A stretch of 27,100 nucleotides of DNA from Catajapyx aquilonaris (lineage: Eukaryota): contig KZ538287.1 in assembly GCA_000934665.2 (NCBI GenBank), positions 62,001 through 89,100 of the forward strand, in the 5' to 3' direction. This document shows positions 1 through 13,086 of this stretch, piece after piece. The first letter of the stretch is position 1. Each line of letters starts with the position of its first letter. The translations under genes and the position numbers were made by a program. The notes below the pieces were generated by a model that saw only the letters and a list, made by a program, of their open reading frames with translations, had not been told where the DNA came from and ran no database searches.

Positions 1-3000
1 CGAAATTGTGTGACGTAACGAATTTTTTTTCATCATAACACTGGCTTGTAAATCATTATTATTGCAGCCTCATTGCGGCCTAACGACCAAATAAGTTGAC
101 AAAAAAAATTGTCGCTTCGTTTTTTTTTGGGGGGGGGGGGCCGTCGCATTCCTAAATGTAGCAAAAGCCATGTTATGAAGAAATACGCCTTTTCATTTCG
201 CTGCAAAAAGACCTGTAGTACGACAATGCGGAAGGCAAAGTGATGAATTCTGTCTGCTTCCTACTGTAGTTACAGATATAATGAAAAGGGAGGGCAGCTC
301 ATTTCTGGATGAAAAGAGAAGGAAATGGTTATATTCCCCATTCATATGATTAGGAACTTCCGAAACTCATGAAATTGCTGAAAATGTCGACGAACTTCGA
401 AGTTTATACTGACGATAAAATTTTCGACATATCGTCCTGTCAATTACCGAATATTTTGATATCATTAATTATTTCTGATATCAAAATATTAGATATTCTC
501 ATACTAAAGAACAGCTGAAAATTAGTGCCAGTTGCATAAAAATTATTCGCATAGTAAATCGTAGTACTCGTGCAGTGTGCATAAAAATTCGCACACCCTG
601 CTGTTTATGCCCTCACATCCTGGCCATTTTTCAACAGCCATGTACACTATACAAGAGGGTCGATTCACTGAGGTTCATCCGCCCAATTTCCGAAAGCGCC
701 CCAAAATATTGAGCATACGTGCCCAAGTCAAAGTAATAATTCAGAACCGGTCTCATTATTTACATGGCCCAGGTTATTCAGTGAGTAGTACATAGAGAAA
801 TGTCAACACCCCCCCCCCCCCAACGTACGTGGTTTGTAAAAGCAGGAAAATAGAATAGATTATTCATGAATTTGCAATATTAATATAACCAGGTGCTGCA
901 ACTGTTACTTTTGCTACGAGCTAAAATAATACAGCAGCGATTAATCAAAATGAAGGAACTTCCAGAAAAATGTTAAATCCCAGGCTGATACCATCCATTC
1001 AATTAAACCTAGACCGAAGTGAATCACTCTACAATGGTTCTAATTGCTCTCAGGAGTGGAAATGAACTTTTTTTTTTTTTCATTCCCTCCTTTTCCCAAC
1101 GCCGGCAGCACCGTATATTGGGAAGTTCCCAAACTCGATAGGCCAACTTTAAATTAACACCCAGAAGACTTTGCGGGGTTTAATTTGATACTGTTCCAGA
1201 CTTGGAAGGCATAGATTTATGCCCGCAAGATTTTGCGCAGACATAATGGTAGCTCCATTACCGAAAACTGTTAGGTAACTTAAGCTCTAGACGGTGATGG
1301 AATTTAAATTCAATGTCACGCTTAAAAGAATTTTCTTCTAACTCAATTTTAGGTTTTAATTATTATTGTGCGTGTTTTAGCTGAGCCTGTTAATTTTAAA
1401 ATTAATCTCGGTCCGGATGTGTTTGAGATTATGAAAATAGTGTCAGAGTAATAGGGCATGTGACTTGATTTTGGAAGCGGAAATGTGCGAAAAGTTCTGC
1501 TAATTTTGAAATGAAAATTACACTCATTTCAATCTGTTCTTAGCGTTTTAAAAAAATCGCACTGGCGGATGTTGCTTATTCATACTCACAGTCAGCACTG
1601 TAAATTATATTGAATAACTTTATCAGGACGAAAAACTCATCTCCATAATTTTGCAATAATTATACAAGTCGCCAAATTAATAGCAACTCGATCCAGGCAT
1701 CTCTAGCCTTATAAGTGCGAAAATAGCTAAGTGCAAGTTCAAGCATCAACTAATAGAAGAAAAAAACTTGTGTATTAAATATGCATGCGCCTAAATTGAC
1801 CCAAAGGCTAATAATTCCGTGCAAAATTACTACCAGGTTAATTGGCCCCGCATTTACTTGTCTACACCTGAAATTCGGGGTCCCATTAGGACCACTTTTC
1901 CTCTCCAAGTACTAGTAGAGCCCTAATAACAAACGTAATTGAGCTGTACAGCCCTTGACGAATCCAAACCCAGCACACTCCGCTTATCTGTAAATAATTC
2001 ATGAATTTACGCTTCACCCTATCTCTGGACTTGAAAGAGTTGGGGACGCATATATTAATCACGCTTTGACCACCAACGACCAACACCAAATGAAGTTTGA
2101 TATATTAGTTATGAGGTAGATCTGCTGTGGCTGGGGAGAGGGCGGTTTTTTTTTTTTTTTGAATGGTCGTGATGTCGCAGGGTTTACGCCTGATTAAACT
2201 TAAAACCCATTTACATTCAGCGCGACCCTCGTACATCATCACGTTTTAAACTGGGAAAAAATAGAGACCACTAAAACTAAACCTCGTAATGCTTCCAACA
2301 CCATTCGTTCTGATTAGGAGTGTTCAGAAAATTGCCTCGTGATCCTGTGACTTGGGTGACAAATATTTCTGGCATTAGACACGAATTGCATCCAAACAAC
2401 GCTTAATTTGTAAGGGTTTATGAAAACATAATTTTAATGGAGTCTTGTCACTATTCCAAGGTGAAAAAATATTTCGAAAATTAATGGGCGAATTTTATCC
2501 ACACAAGTTGTACTTCTGGTACTATTTTAGGGCCCGTTTTTATATACTTATATCATAATAATTTTTATAAGCTATGTATCGATACATCATAATAAGTTTA
2601 AATTGATATTATAATAGTTTTATTATAAGTCATTTCATAATAATTGTTATAATTATCGATAGCATAATAATTTTATATTTATATCTTATATCATAAATTC
2701 ATAACACATTTATTTTTTGTATTATTATCATGGCAAATTTTATTTCATATACCAAGTATATTTACTGTATATTCGCCTTATTAATCACTATTAATCGCTT
2801 TAATATTAACAACACTAAATATTAAAATAAGCATTAAATATTGAAATGAACAGTCATACTAATGCATTTTAGGCTATTGTTTTGCCCATAATAAGAATAT
2901 TTTGCAGTTTGTACCACAACCTTGAATCACATTTTGTTGCTTGAATTGCACATGCGCAGTGCAGTAACGCCATCTACACTTTTGGTCTAACAACCTGGCA

Positions 3001-6000
3001 GAGATTAGACGACGCGACGACTCCATCTGAAGTCTACATAATATATCCATGATTTTACACCCGGTGATGCGGGACTCATTGTGAAGTCGGCTGACTTTAG
3101 ATTTGCACCTGAATAGTCCACAGATGAAGCTGAGGGCCATCTCCCTCTCTCCATATAGTCCGTCTTTCTCCTAGAGAAAGAACAGTAAGAGGAGCACTGC
3201 TGGAGACGGTGCATCTGTTTGAAAAGCAAACATTACGACTGACATTCACCCGTCCCTGGAGGTCTCCGCAGGTATAGAGCTGCTCTGGGTGGGTGTATGG
3301 GTGAGCTGAGTGAATGTCAACATGGCCCGAGGGTAGGGACACACAGTGAGAGAGAGAGAAAAAAAAACACATTTCTTTGTGTCGTGCGTCGGTTTGGCAG
3401 ATACACAGGTGCGGTGTAGATGAGGGGTTTCCAGAATAAATAGGACCGACGTGCATGATTGGACAAACACTTGGTTTCATTCTGTGCGATGCGTTTATTT
3501 CGAGTTGCATCTCTTTTGTTATGGAACAGTTACTCGTGAAATGTAAGGATTGCTATGCATGTTGATGGCAATGTGTCTTTGTTATTTATTATTTTGCATA
3601 TTATTTATTATTTGTCTATCTATTTTACCTTCTTTATTACTGATAATATTCATTTATTTTCATTATCCGTGTATGATTTGTAATTATTTATAATTTACTT
3701 CATTATTTTATCGGTGTTTATTATTGTGACTGATTTTTCCATGTACAGTCTTTTACAGGAGATTTTACTATGCTACATGTGTCAAGCAGTAAATGGACTT
3801 TCCACGTTCATAAACCTACAACGCTACAAGTTTCTGAGAACAGGCCAGCTGGTGTCGGTTTCTTGACCAACACTTTTAAGACCAGCCATCAAAGAATGCT
3901 GCCCATGAGGAAGGTGACGAATCTTACAGGAAGTGGGTATGAAAGTGCCATAAATGCATACCCAGTCGGGTATAAAGTGGTAGTTGTTTTTTTGTCAAGG
4001 CCCTGGGATACGGCCAACATTACGAGACTGATAACCCATAATAAAGTGCAATAATGTACCCACTATATTTTCAGTTGTAACTTTTTAACGTTACTGTCAA
4101 TAACACAAAAGTGGCCTAATACAGGGTGTTCGTGAAGGTTATAATAATAATGAATAGTGCTTCTGCCGCCTCTAACTATTATCGTAGGATACCTTTTGCT
4201 ACACCCTATACACAGCATTACAAATCGCACGTGTCTTTGTGTTTTTGTATCGTTTCCTCGCCTTTTTCCATCCCTCTGCAACGGGGTACAGGAATAGAAC
4301 CCGGACTCTTCTGGCACCACCATCAGGTGTATCCTTTCCCATCGCACACATTACTTCCCCCAGCTTTAACTCACGTATGCTAATTACCATGGCCAACACC
4401 CAGGGCCCGGGTGGTGTTTGTGAAAACCCGGCTTTGCAAATCCCCCCCTCCCCATATCGTGATGGCCACTCCTTAAACCCCCTCAAGTCTTCTGGACGTC
4501 ATTTGCAAGGCGGTCAAATTAAATTCGCGATTGGGTGAAAGTGCAGGAGATGTATGGGACTTGACCAGATTTACACCCACAGGGTGTGCAGTTCTTATAA
4601 TCAGGGCTCAAATTTTAGGAACGTGGAAGGTGAGAATGACTTAACCCTGGGGATGGCTTTTGTAATGTGAGGCATATAATCTTATGCTGATTTTGCCCTG
4701 GTTTTGAGCTAGGGATACTGGTGCGGACATGTTGGGCCAATGTGATCATTAATTTGCAAACAATGAGTAATTATTATTTTGGCACTAGGCTCAATACAGT
4801 AAATCATATGTAGAAATATGGGCAAGTTATTAGTTAACAATATCATTTTAAAGCTGAAAATAACCACAAATGTCTGGCAACACAGGTAAAAGCGTACCAA
4901 ATATAAAAATGCAAATATTATCATGCAGTCCATAATAATTATGATGATGAAAAATATGCGGATCAAATTCATAATTTAACAGGAACGTGTGTACATTCAG
5001 TATATAGTGGCATGTATGCCTGGAGGTGAAACATCTCAGGTGGAATATTTTGCACAATTTTGTGGGGAAAAACCTGTGAATATTTATGGCCGGCAATATA
5101 TGAATATTTCAGCAATACACACTGCACTGTATGCAGTCATCTGCGTTATAATTATAATGTGCGCAGTATTAATATGAAATTATTTATGGCTACCACACCA
5201 CCAAAATATGGGTCACTCAGATTTTAATCCCATTTCGGCCATGCAGTACACTAATAAACTAATTATAAAATTATTTGACACATACATATACTCGCATATC
5301 CAATATACGTAGCCAACAAAATCCCGTTCCCTCGTAACAATCCGACAGAAATCTGGATCCTTTCCATCACTTATGTCAACTTAGCCATGACATGCAGGTC
5401 TTACCCTTCTGGAGTCCAACTCAGCAACTTTTCCTTCATATTTTTTTGTGCCTTCTACCTCCATCATCGTACAGTCAATCGCCTTGGGCATTAACCTCCT
5501 CCGTCTATCTATTTTTTTTTCTCCAGGTCTTTCCCTCTTGTGTGCACAGACGACCTAGCTCTCTCTCTCTCTCTCTCCCTCACCTGATATATACCTGCCT
5601 TTCATTCCTCTGAAGGAGCCATTAATTCAGACTCGACCTGGGACACTATTTTACCTCTCACTCCTATATAGAACCTTCCTGATAAAAACCTATTCCAATC
5701 ACTATTGGTACTCCTGAATCAAACATATTTTATCATTATGTTTACACATTATATCACATGATTCTGATCAGTACAAGGAAAAATTGGTCGATTTGGTATG
5801 TCAATCAATATGTATTCATGACTATCCTGAATGCAAACACAACCGGAACTTATTCAAGGTAAAGGACCCAAGGTTTTTCATTACCTATTTGGTCGTGTAT
5901 TGAAACAAGAAAGTAAGAGTGTAAATAAATTTTTGCGAGAAACGTTACAGATGTTTATTATCGGAAGAGTTGAAACTTGCCAACGCTAAACGTTAGCTCT

Positions 6001-7485
6001 TCTCACACTTTCTTAGCTTTTATAGATTTTCTTTATCCGTAACTCTCGTGTGCACTCCCTCCCCCCCCCCCCCACCCCCCGAAAAAAAATTTGTGCGAAC
6101 AGGATAGCTTGGGACGAGTTTTTTGGTGGAATCCGATCGAGCGATGAGTGTTTCTGAGAGCTGAAAGCGCATTTCCCAATGGCTGACAGGAAGGCAAATA
6201 TTTATGTCAGCTTTTTGGGTCTGACCTAAGCGAAAATACTGATTTCTTCCCGGTTCCGACAGGCTCTTTTTTTATTCACCACCCCCAGAATGAAGTTGTA
6301 TAGGTACGTTCAATCTCAGGCTCTTAGCTTGGGTTCTACAGTATGCAAATACACATGCATTGAAGTTAGGTAAAAAACATGCAAAAAAAATCTGCCAGTT
6401 GGAAATTGTGCCAAAAATCGTTGTTCAATTTACATATTTATCAAAACATGTACTGGATTTTTGATGACTATAAATAAAATTCATTTTAATACTTTTTTCA
6501 GTTTGGTGTGCACACTTATCATGACATATTCAACAATAAAGAAAATAAATGGTTTATAGGAGTCGGAATGTGCCCTAGGTCCAATTTGAGTGACTTTTAA
6601 ACCAGCAATAATTTATCAAGGATATTTTGGTGCTGAAAATAAATAAATAAATGGTATGGTTTAGCTATTTGTGTACAAATTTTTCCAAATTACAGACTGA
6701 GGCTAGGACCTCATTATGCAATATCGCGCTCCTATCTACGTCTGAATTCTCACACTCATAACCCAGTTATTCCCAGAAAATTGATCGTTCTCCTAACCTT
6801 ATTTACCTTAGAAACAACTCTGGAGGTAAAAGGAGGGAAAAAAATCACAAACAAGGTGTGCTTAAAACCAAGCAATCGATTTTTCAGCTTAAATAATTCA
6901 AACCGACGTCAATCTATAACCGGCCTTACCCCTCTTAACAAACCTGTCAAGGTAAGGATTTCTGTGGGAATATTTTATACGCTCCTATCGCCCGTCTTTT
7001 GCTTACTTCTTTAGCGGTCCTTTTTTTTCACCTCTAAAGGTTCCCTCCAAAAAATGGTCAGGACAGGTTGTCCACACCCAAAATTATCGATCCCCTACAA
7101 GCAGGCTTGGTTTGTAATCGGGTGTCATTACCGCGAGCGACGATGCGAGTAACGAGCCGGAACGTCGTACACATGACACATGGTGTGACAACCCCCTTCG
7201 AAGGGCATTGAAACGGCGAATTTAAAAAAAATGGACAAAGCATAGGGGGGGATAACCACTAACGAACAACCTTGGATTGGTGGAGGGGGGGGGGGGGGGG
7301 GGGGGCTTNATCCAAGACGGGTCTTTAATAGCCAGAAGTGGACTCGGCTTTGTCCGGACCAGATGAGATCCGGACCACACAAGAGACGGGACCCCAAATA
7401 TGTGTGGGAGTCTAAAAGTAGGCCATGTCATTGTTGCATATTACAGACACCCATCAACACAAGAATGTACAGTAGCCAAAAATCT

Positions 7486-7763
7486 AATGTCGATAATGCA
7501 ATTCAGAACATATCGATAGTGCAGTTGAGAAAATATCGATAGTGCAGTCGAGAAAATATCGATAATGCAGTCAAGAAATATCGATAGCGCAATTGATCAA
7601 ATATCGATAGTGCAGTTGAAAAATATCGATAGAGCAATTGATAAAATATTGACAGTGCAATATAGAAAATATCGATAATCCAGTCGAGAAAATAACGACA
7701 ATTCAATTGAAAATATCGATAATGCAATTGAGACAATATTGATAGTGCAATATAGAAAATATC
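7486..7763. repeat. 23-bp minisatellite, ~12 copies, consensus AAAATATCGATAGTGCAGTTGAG
   Basis: Tandem units are directly visible, and eight carry an intact TATCGATA palindrome. Confidence 0.92.
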
Positions 7764-7765
7764 AT

Positions 7766-8000
7766 GGGCGACACGGTGGCGTAGTGGTTAGCGCCACAGC
7801 CTTCCACTTCCACCTCTAAGGGCCCGAGTTCGATCCCCGGATCGGACAGAGGATGCTTATGTGGATATAGAGTTTCGACGGGTTCTCTCCGTGTTCGCGT
7901 GGGTTTTCTCGGGGTTCTCCCGTTTCCTCACATTCAGACCCATCACAGGACAGGCAAATGAATAAAGTCGGATCCATTATTTTTTGTAATTATTTATTAT
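7766..8000 (+). mobile_element. tRNA-derived SINE with a V-domain core (V-SINE)
   Basis: The head has a Pol III A box TGGCGTAGTGG (7777-7787) and B box GAGTTCGATCC (7826-7836). The central TGTGG..GAGTTT..GTTCTCTCCGTGTTCGCGTGGGTTTTCTCGGGGTTCTCCCGTTTCCTCACA (7860-7932) matches the V-SINE conserved domain as I recall it. AATAAA is at 7961, followed by a degenerate (ATT)n-like tail. The element interrupts a minisatellite; the 3' end is approximate and there is no clear TSD. Confidence 0.85.
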
Positions 8001-8004
8001 ACGT

Positions 8005-8160
8005 ATAAAAAATATCGACAGTGTATTTTTAAATATCGATAAAATATCAAATCGTACCAAACACACAAGAAAATTCAAAAAGTGCCAATATATCGAAATA
8101 TCGATGGTCAAATTGAGAAAATATCGATAGTCCAATGTAGAAAATATCGAATCGTACCCA
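8005..8160. repeat. Degenerate continuation of the AAAATATCGA minisatellite beyond the SINE
   Basis: AAATATCGA(T/A/C) motifs recur, including a near-complete unit TTGAGAAAATATCGATAGTCCAATGTAG. Confidence 0.7.
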
Positions 8161-9164
8161 AACAATACCGGAAAAGCCTGAAAGTGACGACATTTCATTA
8201 ATAACCTGTATATATGGCCTGGGTGGGGGTAGAAAAAGACTGGATATTGCCTACACGTGTAAAGAGGCAGACAATAGCGATGAAATATCGGCGTGAAAAA
8301 AGGAGTGTGTAATGTAGAGGGATATTGCAGGGTCGTGGCTGCGAGATAATAAATCTCGAGACAAACTGCGTGATGCGGTTAGCACACACAAGAGTTAGGG
8401 GGGACCATGGGGGCCCAGAGGCTACTTAGTATGGGGAACCTTTTGTCTGGGAAAACGTCCTCTGGGCTGCACCAGCATCTGATAGAGTCTGAACAAGTCT
8501 GGAGATTGAGAGATGAATTGCCTTAAACTCCAAACTTGCATCCCCCTCCCCCATCCACAGAAAAGATTATCTAGGGCACAAAACCACCAGTTTAATTTTA
8601 AGATATAGCTCTCAAGGATATTTTTTTTTAAAGATACGTGCAGTTATACAGTATTTGTTACACCGCACCCTAACCAGAAATTAATAAAACTTTCAAGGAC
8701 CTGAGGCTGAAAAAGTAATCAGGCGTACCACAAATTGCATACTAATTGCGCGATTAGTGCCTGTTATGCTGGAGGGTGTGTCAAATGGCACGAACGGCCA
8801 TGCAACTTTAGGAAGGTCTTAATTTTGATGAAACACTGCGCTTTATTCACCAGCCCAAATATCCGGGGGTATTAATTTTAATTAGGGTCATACACCTTTT
8901 TTAATGTGCGGCAGGACGCAGTAAGTTAGATGGCTCAATTATTACTTACATTTCCTGTAATAATACCTGATGAATAATTACATGCTTCAATTAATATCCA
9001 GATATCTGAACACAAATTGGTACAAAATATTTGTGGGACACTATTGTATAATTTTTACATATATCTAATTTTTTTATAGGTGCAAATTGGGGATTTCCCT
9101 CTTTCCGCCTAATTTTTCGTACCGGATAAAATCTAGTGATCGCATCGCTCCAACTTTTTTTTTT

Positions 9165-9180
9165 NNNNNNNNNNNNNNNN
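9165..9180. other. Assembly gap (16 N) between a poly-T and a poly-G tract
   Basis: The N run is flanked by a T tract and a G tract. Single Ns also occur at 7309 and 23880 next to G/C runs. Confidence 0.98.
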
Positions 9181-11294
9181 GGGGGGGGGGGGGTGAAATA
9201 AACCTGAATCGCATAATTCAGCTCTTTTCGCCCTATCGATTTCATTTCCATCCAAGCTAAGCTGGAGTCTCTCCGATTCGTCCAATAAGCATTTGGATCA
9301 CGGCGTCCTCATCATCAAATGGTGCCAGTCCCTGTTTGCATACCAATCAGTTGCCGCAAAGTCGCCTCCACTACTATATACTTCCTTCTCTCAAGACTCC
9401 TACCCTCACCACCACCACCTTTTTTGGCCCTCCTCCTCCTCCGCATTTTCTCCGCAATCTGGCCACCGAGGCATGCCCGGAATTTATTATGTCTTTCTTT
9501 CCAACCCTGGTGCTCCTCCGGAGCCTCCGGGGCTAATTAAATGTATGCCCTGTCGATGAGGAATTCGGGAGGACAATGGTCTTCGGTGTTGGACACAACT
9601 CGAGGACCCGCCCCAGATTACGTGACATGGTTGGGTTAGAAAGTGGGAATAGTTTTAGTGTGTGAAGCGGGCTATATTGCAAATATTTTTAAAGTTATTA
9701 AATCTAGGAAGTTTAGACGTGGGGTCTAATTAAACCCTACGTTATACCAATGAAGGTGTTCTTTTTTTGACAAGTTAAGCCCTTCTCAGTACCTGGTTTT
9801 TTAAATAATTAAAATTTAGCTTAATTGATTCATATTAACTGAATTTTAATTTTAATAACCACCAATACTCACTGCAATGAAAATTTTAAGATTGCCTAAT
9901 TTACTAAGAGAATTACCAGCATGTTATCGGGAATTTTCGCGTTTTTTTTTTTTGCATTTCATAAATTCCAACAGCACTATTTCCAAAAACCAAGTGGTTT
10001 CCAAATATAGAAAACGCGGGCAAAATTTTGGCACAACTCCCAATGCTGTAGTAGGCCATACGGTGCTGGATGAGTTTCTATGACAGTCGGGTATGTATTG
10101 TCTTTATAATATTCATTTCATTTTCCCATTCCTTATTTTATTTCATCACTGTATTTTATGCTAATAATGTTTCAATACTATATTCATTATGTATGACATA
10201 ATCATTTAAAATATTATGAACTTCTATCAAACATAAAAATATGACGTTGATGCCAGTTTTTCCCCATCTCATTAACGACTGCCATTTTTCTCCCTTTCCA
10301 CGCTTTATCCTGCAAACGCAAGTGGCGCTGGTGTCGCACGACCCTGGCGCCATCTCCACTTCCGCATGCGTACTAATGCATGCCTCGCCCTTAATTAAAT
10401 TACCGTTCCCTGACATCGCGAGCTGAATAGATTCTCTCCCAGAACTTCTTACTGCCCCTCCATCTTACCTCCGATTCTTCCGCCCACTCTTGGCAAGCCC
10501 TGAGGAACCCCCCGCAAGAAAAGAAGTCGACAGACATCACGGAAAGAGAGAGAAAAAAAGAAAGAAAGTGGGAACCAGGCCCTCTCCTCTTCTACTCTGC
10601 TCCGGAAACCACTATTTCATTACTTTAGAAGGTCGCGTGGGGGGTGGGGTCCCCGGGCTTTTGTGGTCAGAAGCAGACCTCAGGACTCTTGCCCATCACT
10701 TTTGCCCCATTTGTCCACCGGGGTGAAAATGGACTCGAGGGGAAAGAAGATTTTATGGGAACCCCCATAAGGGGAATGAAAATGTGTCAATTTACACTAT
10801 ATCGCAAATTGTACAAAAAAATGTACTGTACATCGTTGTAATTTTTGAGAGTATAGTAAGGCATATTGTGTTTCTGTAATGATCCGAGTCTCCCCTCCAT
10901 GTTTCCCCTTGGGACGAAATGTCCCTGCAACCCGATCCGTCACGTCGAATTGGAAGGGAAAAGAAGGGTGGAAGAGACCCTGCGTAACATGCATGGGATG
11001 GTGCAAGGGTATGGTAAATTGGGCTCTGGGATTTCACAGAGAATAGTTTTGTCCATGGTTATTACAAATTGCCCATTTTCAGGTGCAATGTATTGAAAAA
11101 AATGTGTGAAAAACTGTGATCGCAAATAATATTGATATGGTATATTTAAAAAACGATAAATCGATATGTCGTATTTATAATTTTCTGTAGTTGAATGGTC
11201 TTCGTTAACCAATTTCTAGAAGAAATCCTGGCTAAAATTACATTAAGTAGAGGATAAATTGGCATGTCTCAAGCAGACCAAATCAAGTGGAAGG

Positions 11295-11458
11295 CAGGGT
11301 TGCCAGATCACGAACCCACATTTGGCGATGTAAACTGCGACGATGTAATTATCAAGCGGGCATGCACAAAATACATGCAACTTAGATTAGCTGTCAGCTT
11401 TTGCCAAAAATACGCGGCGGTGCATAATTTTCGGAAATTAATCGGGTTGGCGACACTG
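11295..11458. mobile_element. Possible decayed hAT-like MITE (164 bp)
   Basis: The left end CAGGGTTGCCAG and right end TTGGCGACACTG (reverse complement CAGTGTCGCCAA) match at 9/12 and resemble CAGGGTTGCCA-type hAT TIRs. No 8-bp TSD is recognisable. Confidence 0.4.
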
Positions 11459-12874
11459 TGGTCTGAACTCTATGAAAGCGCTTAAACTATGTTTTAATAA
11501 TATTTGGCTTGCAGTTATACATTGACAATTTAGGTCAGTCATTACGGTGTGTTACAACCATTATCTAGCCCATTTTTTTTAGCTGTGATATGCAAAATAA
11601 CCCGGAAGTAGAGTCAGAAAAAAAATATTTTTGAACCTCTGAATTAGTTACAAAGCTTCTTCCGCCATAACGAGCAGGTGCATAAATATTGGATCATTAT
11701 CCATTTTTACTGCTCTGATAGAAAATTCTATAACGGCAAAAAAATTGCGGCAGTAATTCCAAATGAATATTCGTCTGCTGCACTCATATAGTGTTTTAGC
11801 TCATTTTTAAAAAATATTTATTTTCGATATTTGAACCAATTGGTACCATTTATTTCCAACTGAGATTTACACATTTAAAGTAGTAAACTGTTATGTAGAG
11901 CTTCTTTATTCAAATTCAGCCTGACAGGACCTTTCAGACAATATTATTTACATTTTATTACCTTGTGCTTTGTCCCCAATATTCTTTTACTAATCAATGA
12001 CATTCCGCATTGTCCGCGGTTCAGCACCCTTTGACCCCAATATAACTGAGCTTGACCCATCGAAAAAACAGCTTATAACTTAACACACTTGTCACTTTTC
12101 CAGCTCAATCTTACGACACCCGATTTCCTCCCAAAAATTATTTACAACCCGTGACGTCACGCACTTTAACCATCCCCGCCCCCTCCACTTCCTCTGCAAT
12201 TTGGTCACGATCGATCACCCCCTCCCCCCCTCCCCCCTGAATAAATAAATCGTCACCAAATACCAAACACTTTTCCCAGCTGATGATGCGCGACACCCAA
12301 ACTCCTCCCAGGATGACACCAGTCACATTCTTGACAACGTTTGATTAAGTGACCAGTAAGTATGGTTGAATAGACGATGAGCAGGGTGGAGCATTGGTTC
12401 AAAGGGGGAACCAACGGGGTCATATTTATGCATGAAAAGAAGTATACCAACCACCCCTCTACTTCTATTCTAAAGGTCTGTAGCTTGCCCGTTTGGTAAT
12501 AGGAGCCATGGGAGTTATGCTGATCATGGGTTATTATATACGAAGCAGGACGGATGCCAATTTGGGTACGTGTTTGTGGTCTCAGTAGGCCACTTACGAT
12601 GGTCAGTGTCTCACGCCTTCTTTCTTTTGTATGTAATGAGTCATATGGTGTGTGTAGGGGGAATGGCATCCGTCTGTTTTGGGCAGATTTGGGCCTACTG
12701 ATAGGGGTCACCAAATCGATGACCTCCTATAACTAATATCACAAAAATAGGTCTGACTCTATGATATGAATCACGCTGTCTTATTGATCTTATTGCTTAC
12801 ATATTGCACATACACAGGCCACTGATAACAACTTCCATTGTGACAAAAACATACTCTACAAATTTTCGCCAATG

Positions 12875-13086
12875 TTCATATGAAAATTTTTATCCAGATT
12901 CATATGAAAAATTTTATCCAGTTTCAACGAAAAGTTCATTCAGTTTCATGTGAAAATTTGTACCCAGATTCATATGAAAATTTGTACCCAGATTCATATG
13001 AAAATTTGTAGCCAGATTCGCATGACAATTTTTATCCAGCAGATTCGTATGAAAATTTTCATTCGTATTCAGATAAAATTTGTACA
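12875..13086. repeat. 24-bp minisatellite, ~8-9 copies, consensus TTCATATGAAAATTTGTACCCAGA
   Basis: Tandem units are visible; the consensus begins with the 10-bp palindrome TTCATATGAA, intact in about half the units. Confidence 0.9.

Noticed and set aside
3109..3170. Minus-strand candidate exon after a good acceptor (ttctttctctag|GAGAAAG...CAG|gtgcaa)
   Set aside because: The donor is weak, the 62-nt length is asymmetric, and no frame gives Gly-X-Y or a recognisable peptide.
4602..4710. Possible hAT MITE (CAGGGCTCAAA ... TTTGAGCT)
   Set aside because: Only ~7 bp of inverted match, no TSD and no second copy.
7766..7845. tRNA gene
   Set aside because: A and B boxes are present, but the acceptor stem does not pair, the anticodon arm is duplicated, and a V domain follows, so it is a SINE head.
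9410..9532. Minus-strand 123-nt open, phase 1-1 candidate exon (ttaattag|...G|gtgagg) encoding APEAPEEHQGWKERHNKFRACLGGQIAEKMRRRRRAKKGGG
   Set aside because: It has no polypyrimidine tract and no Gly-X-Y pattern, it would destroy the expected CPPG-PPG junction, and the basic/Gly end derives from (CCT)n/(CCA)n microsatellites.
9293..9559. Plus-strand ORF containing GHRGMPG and PGAPPEPPG
   Set aside because: It is on the opposite strand to the collagen gene, has only two consecutive triplets, and is low-complexity.
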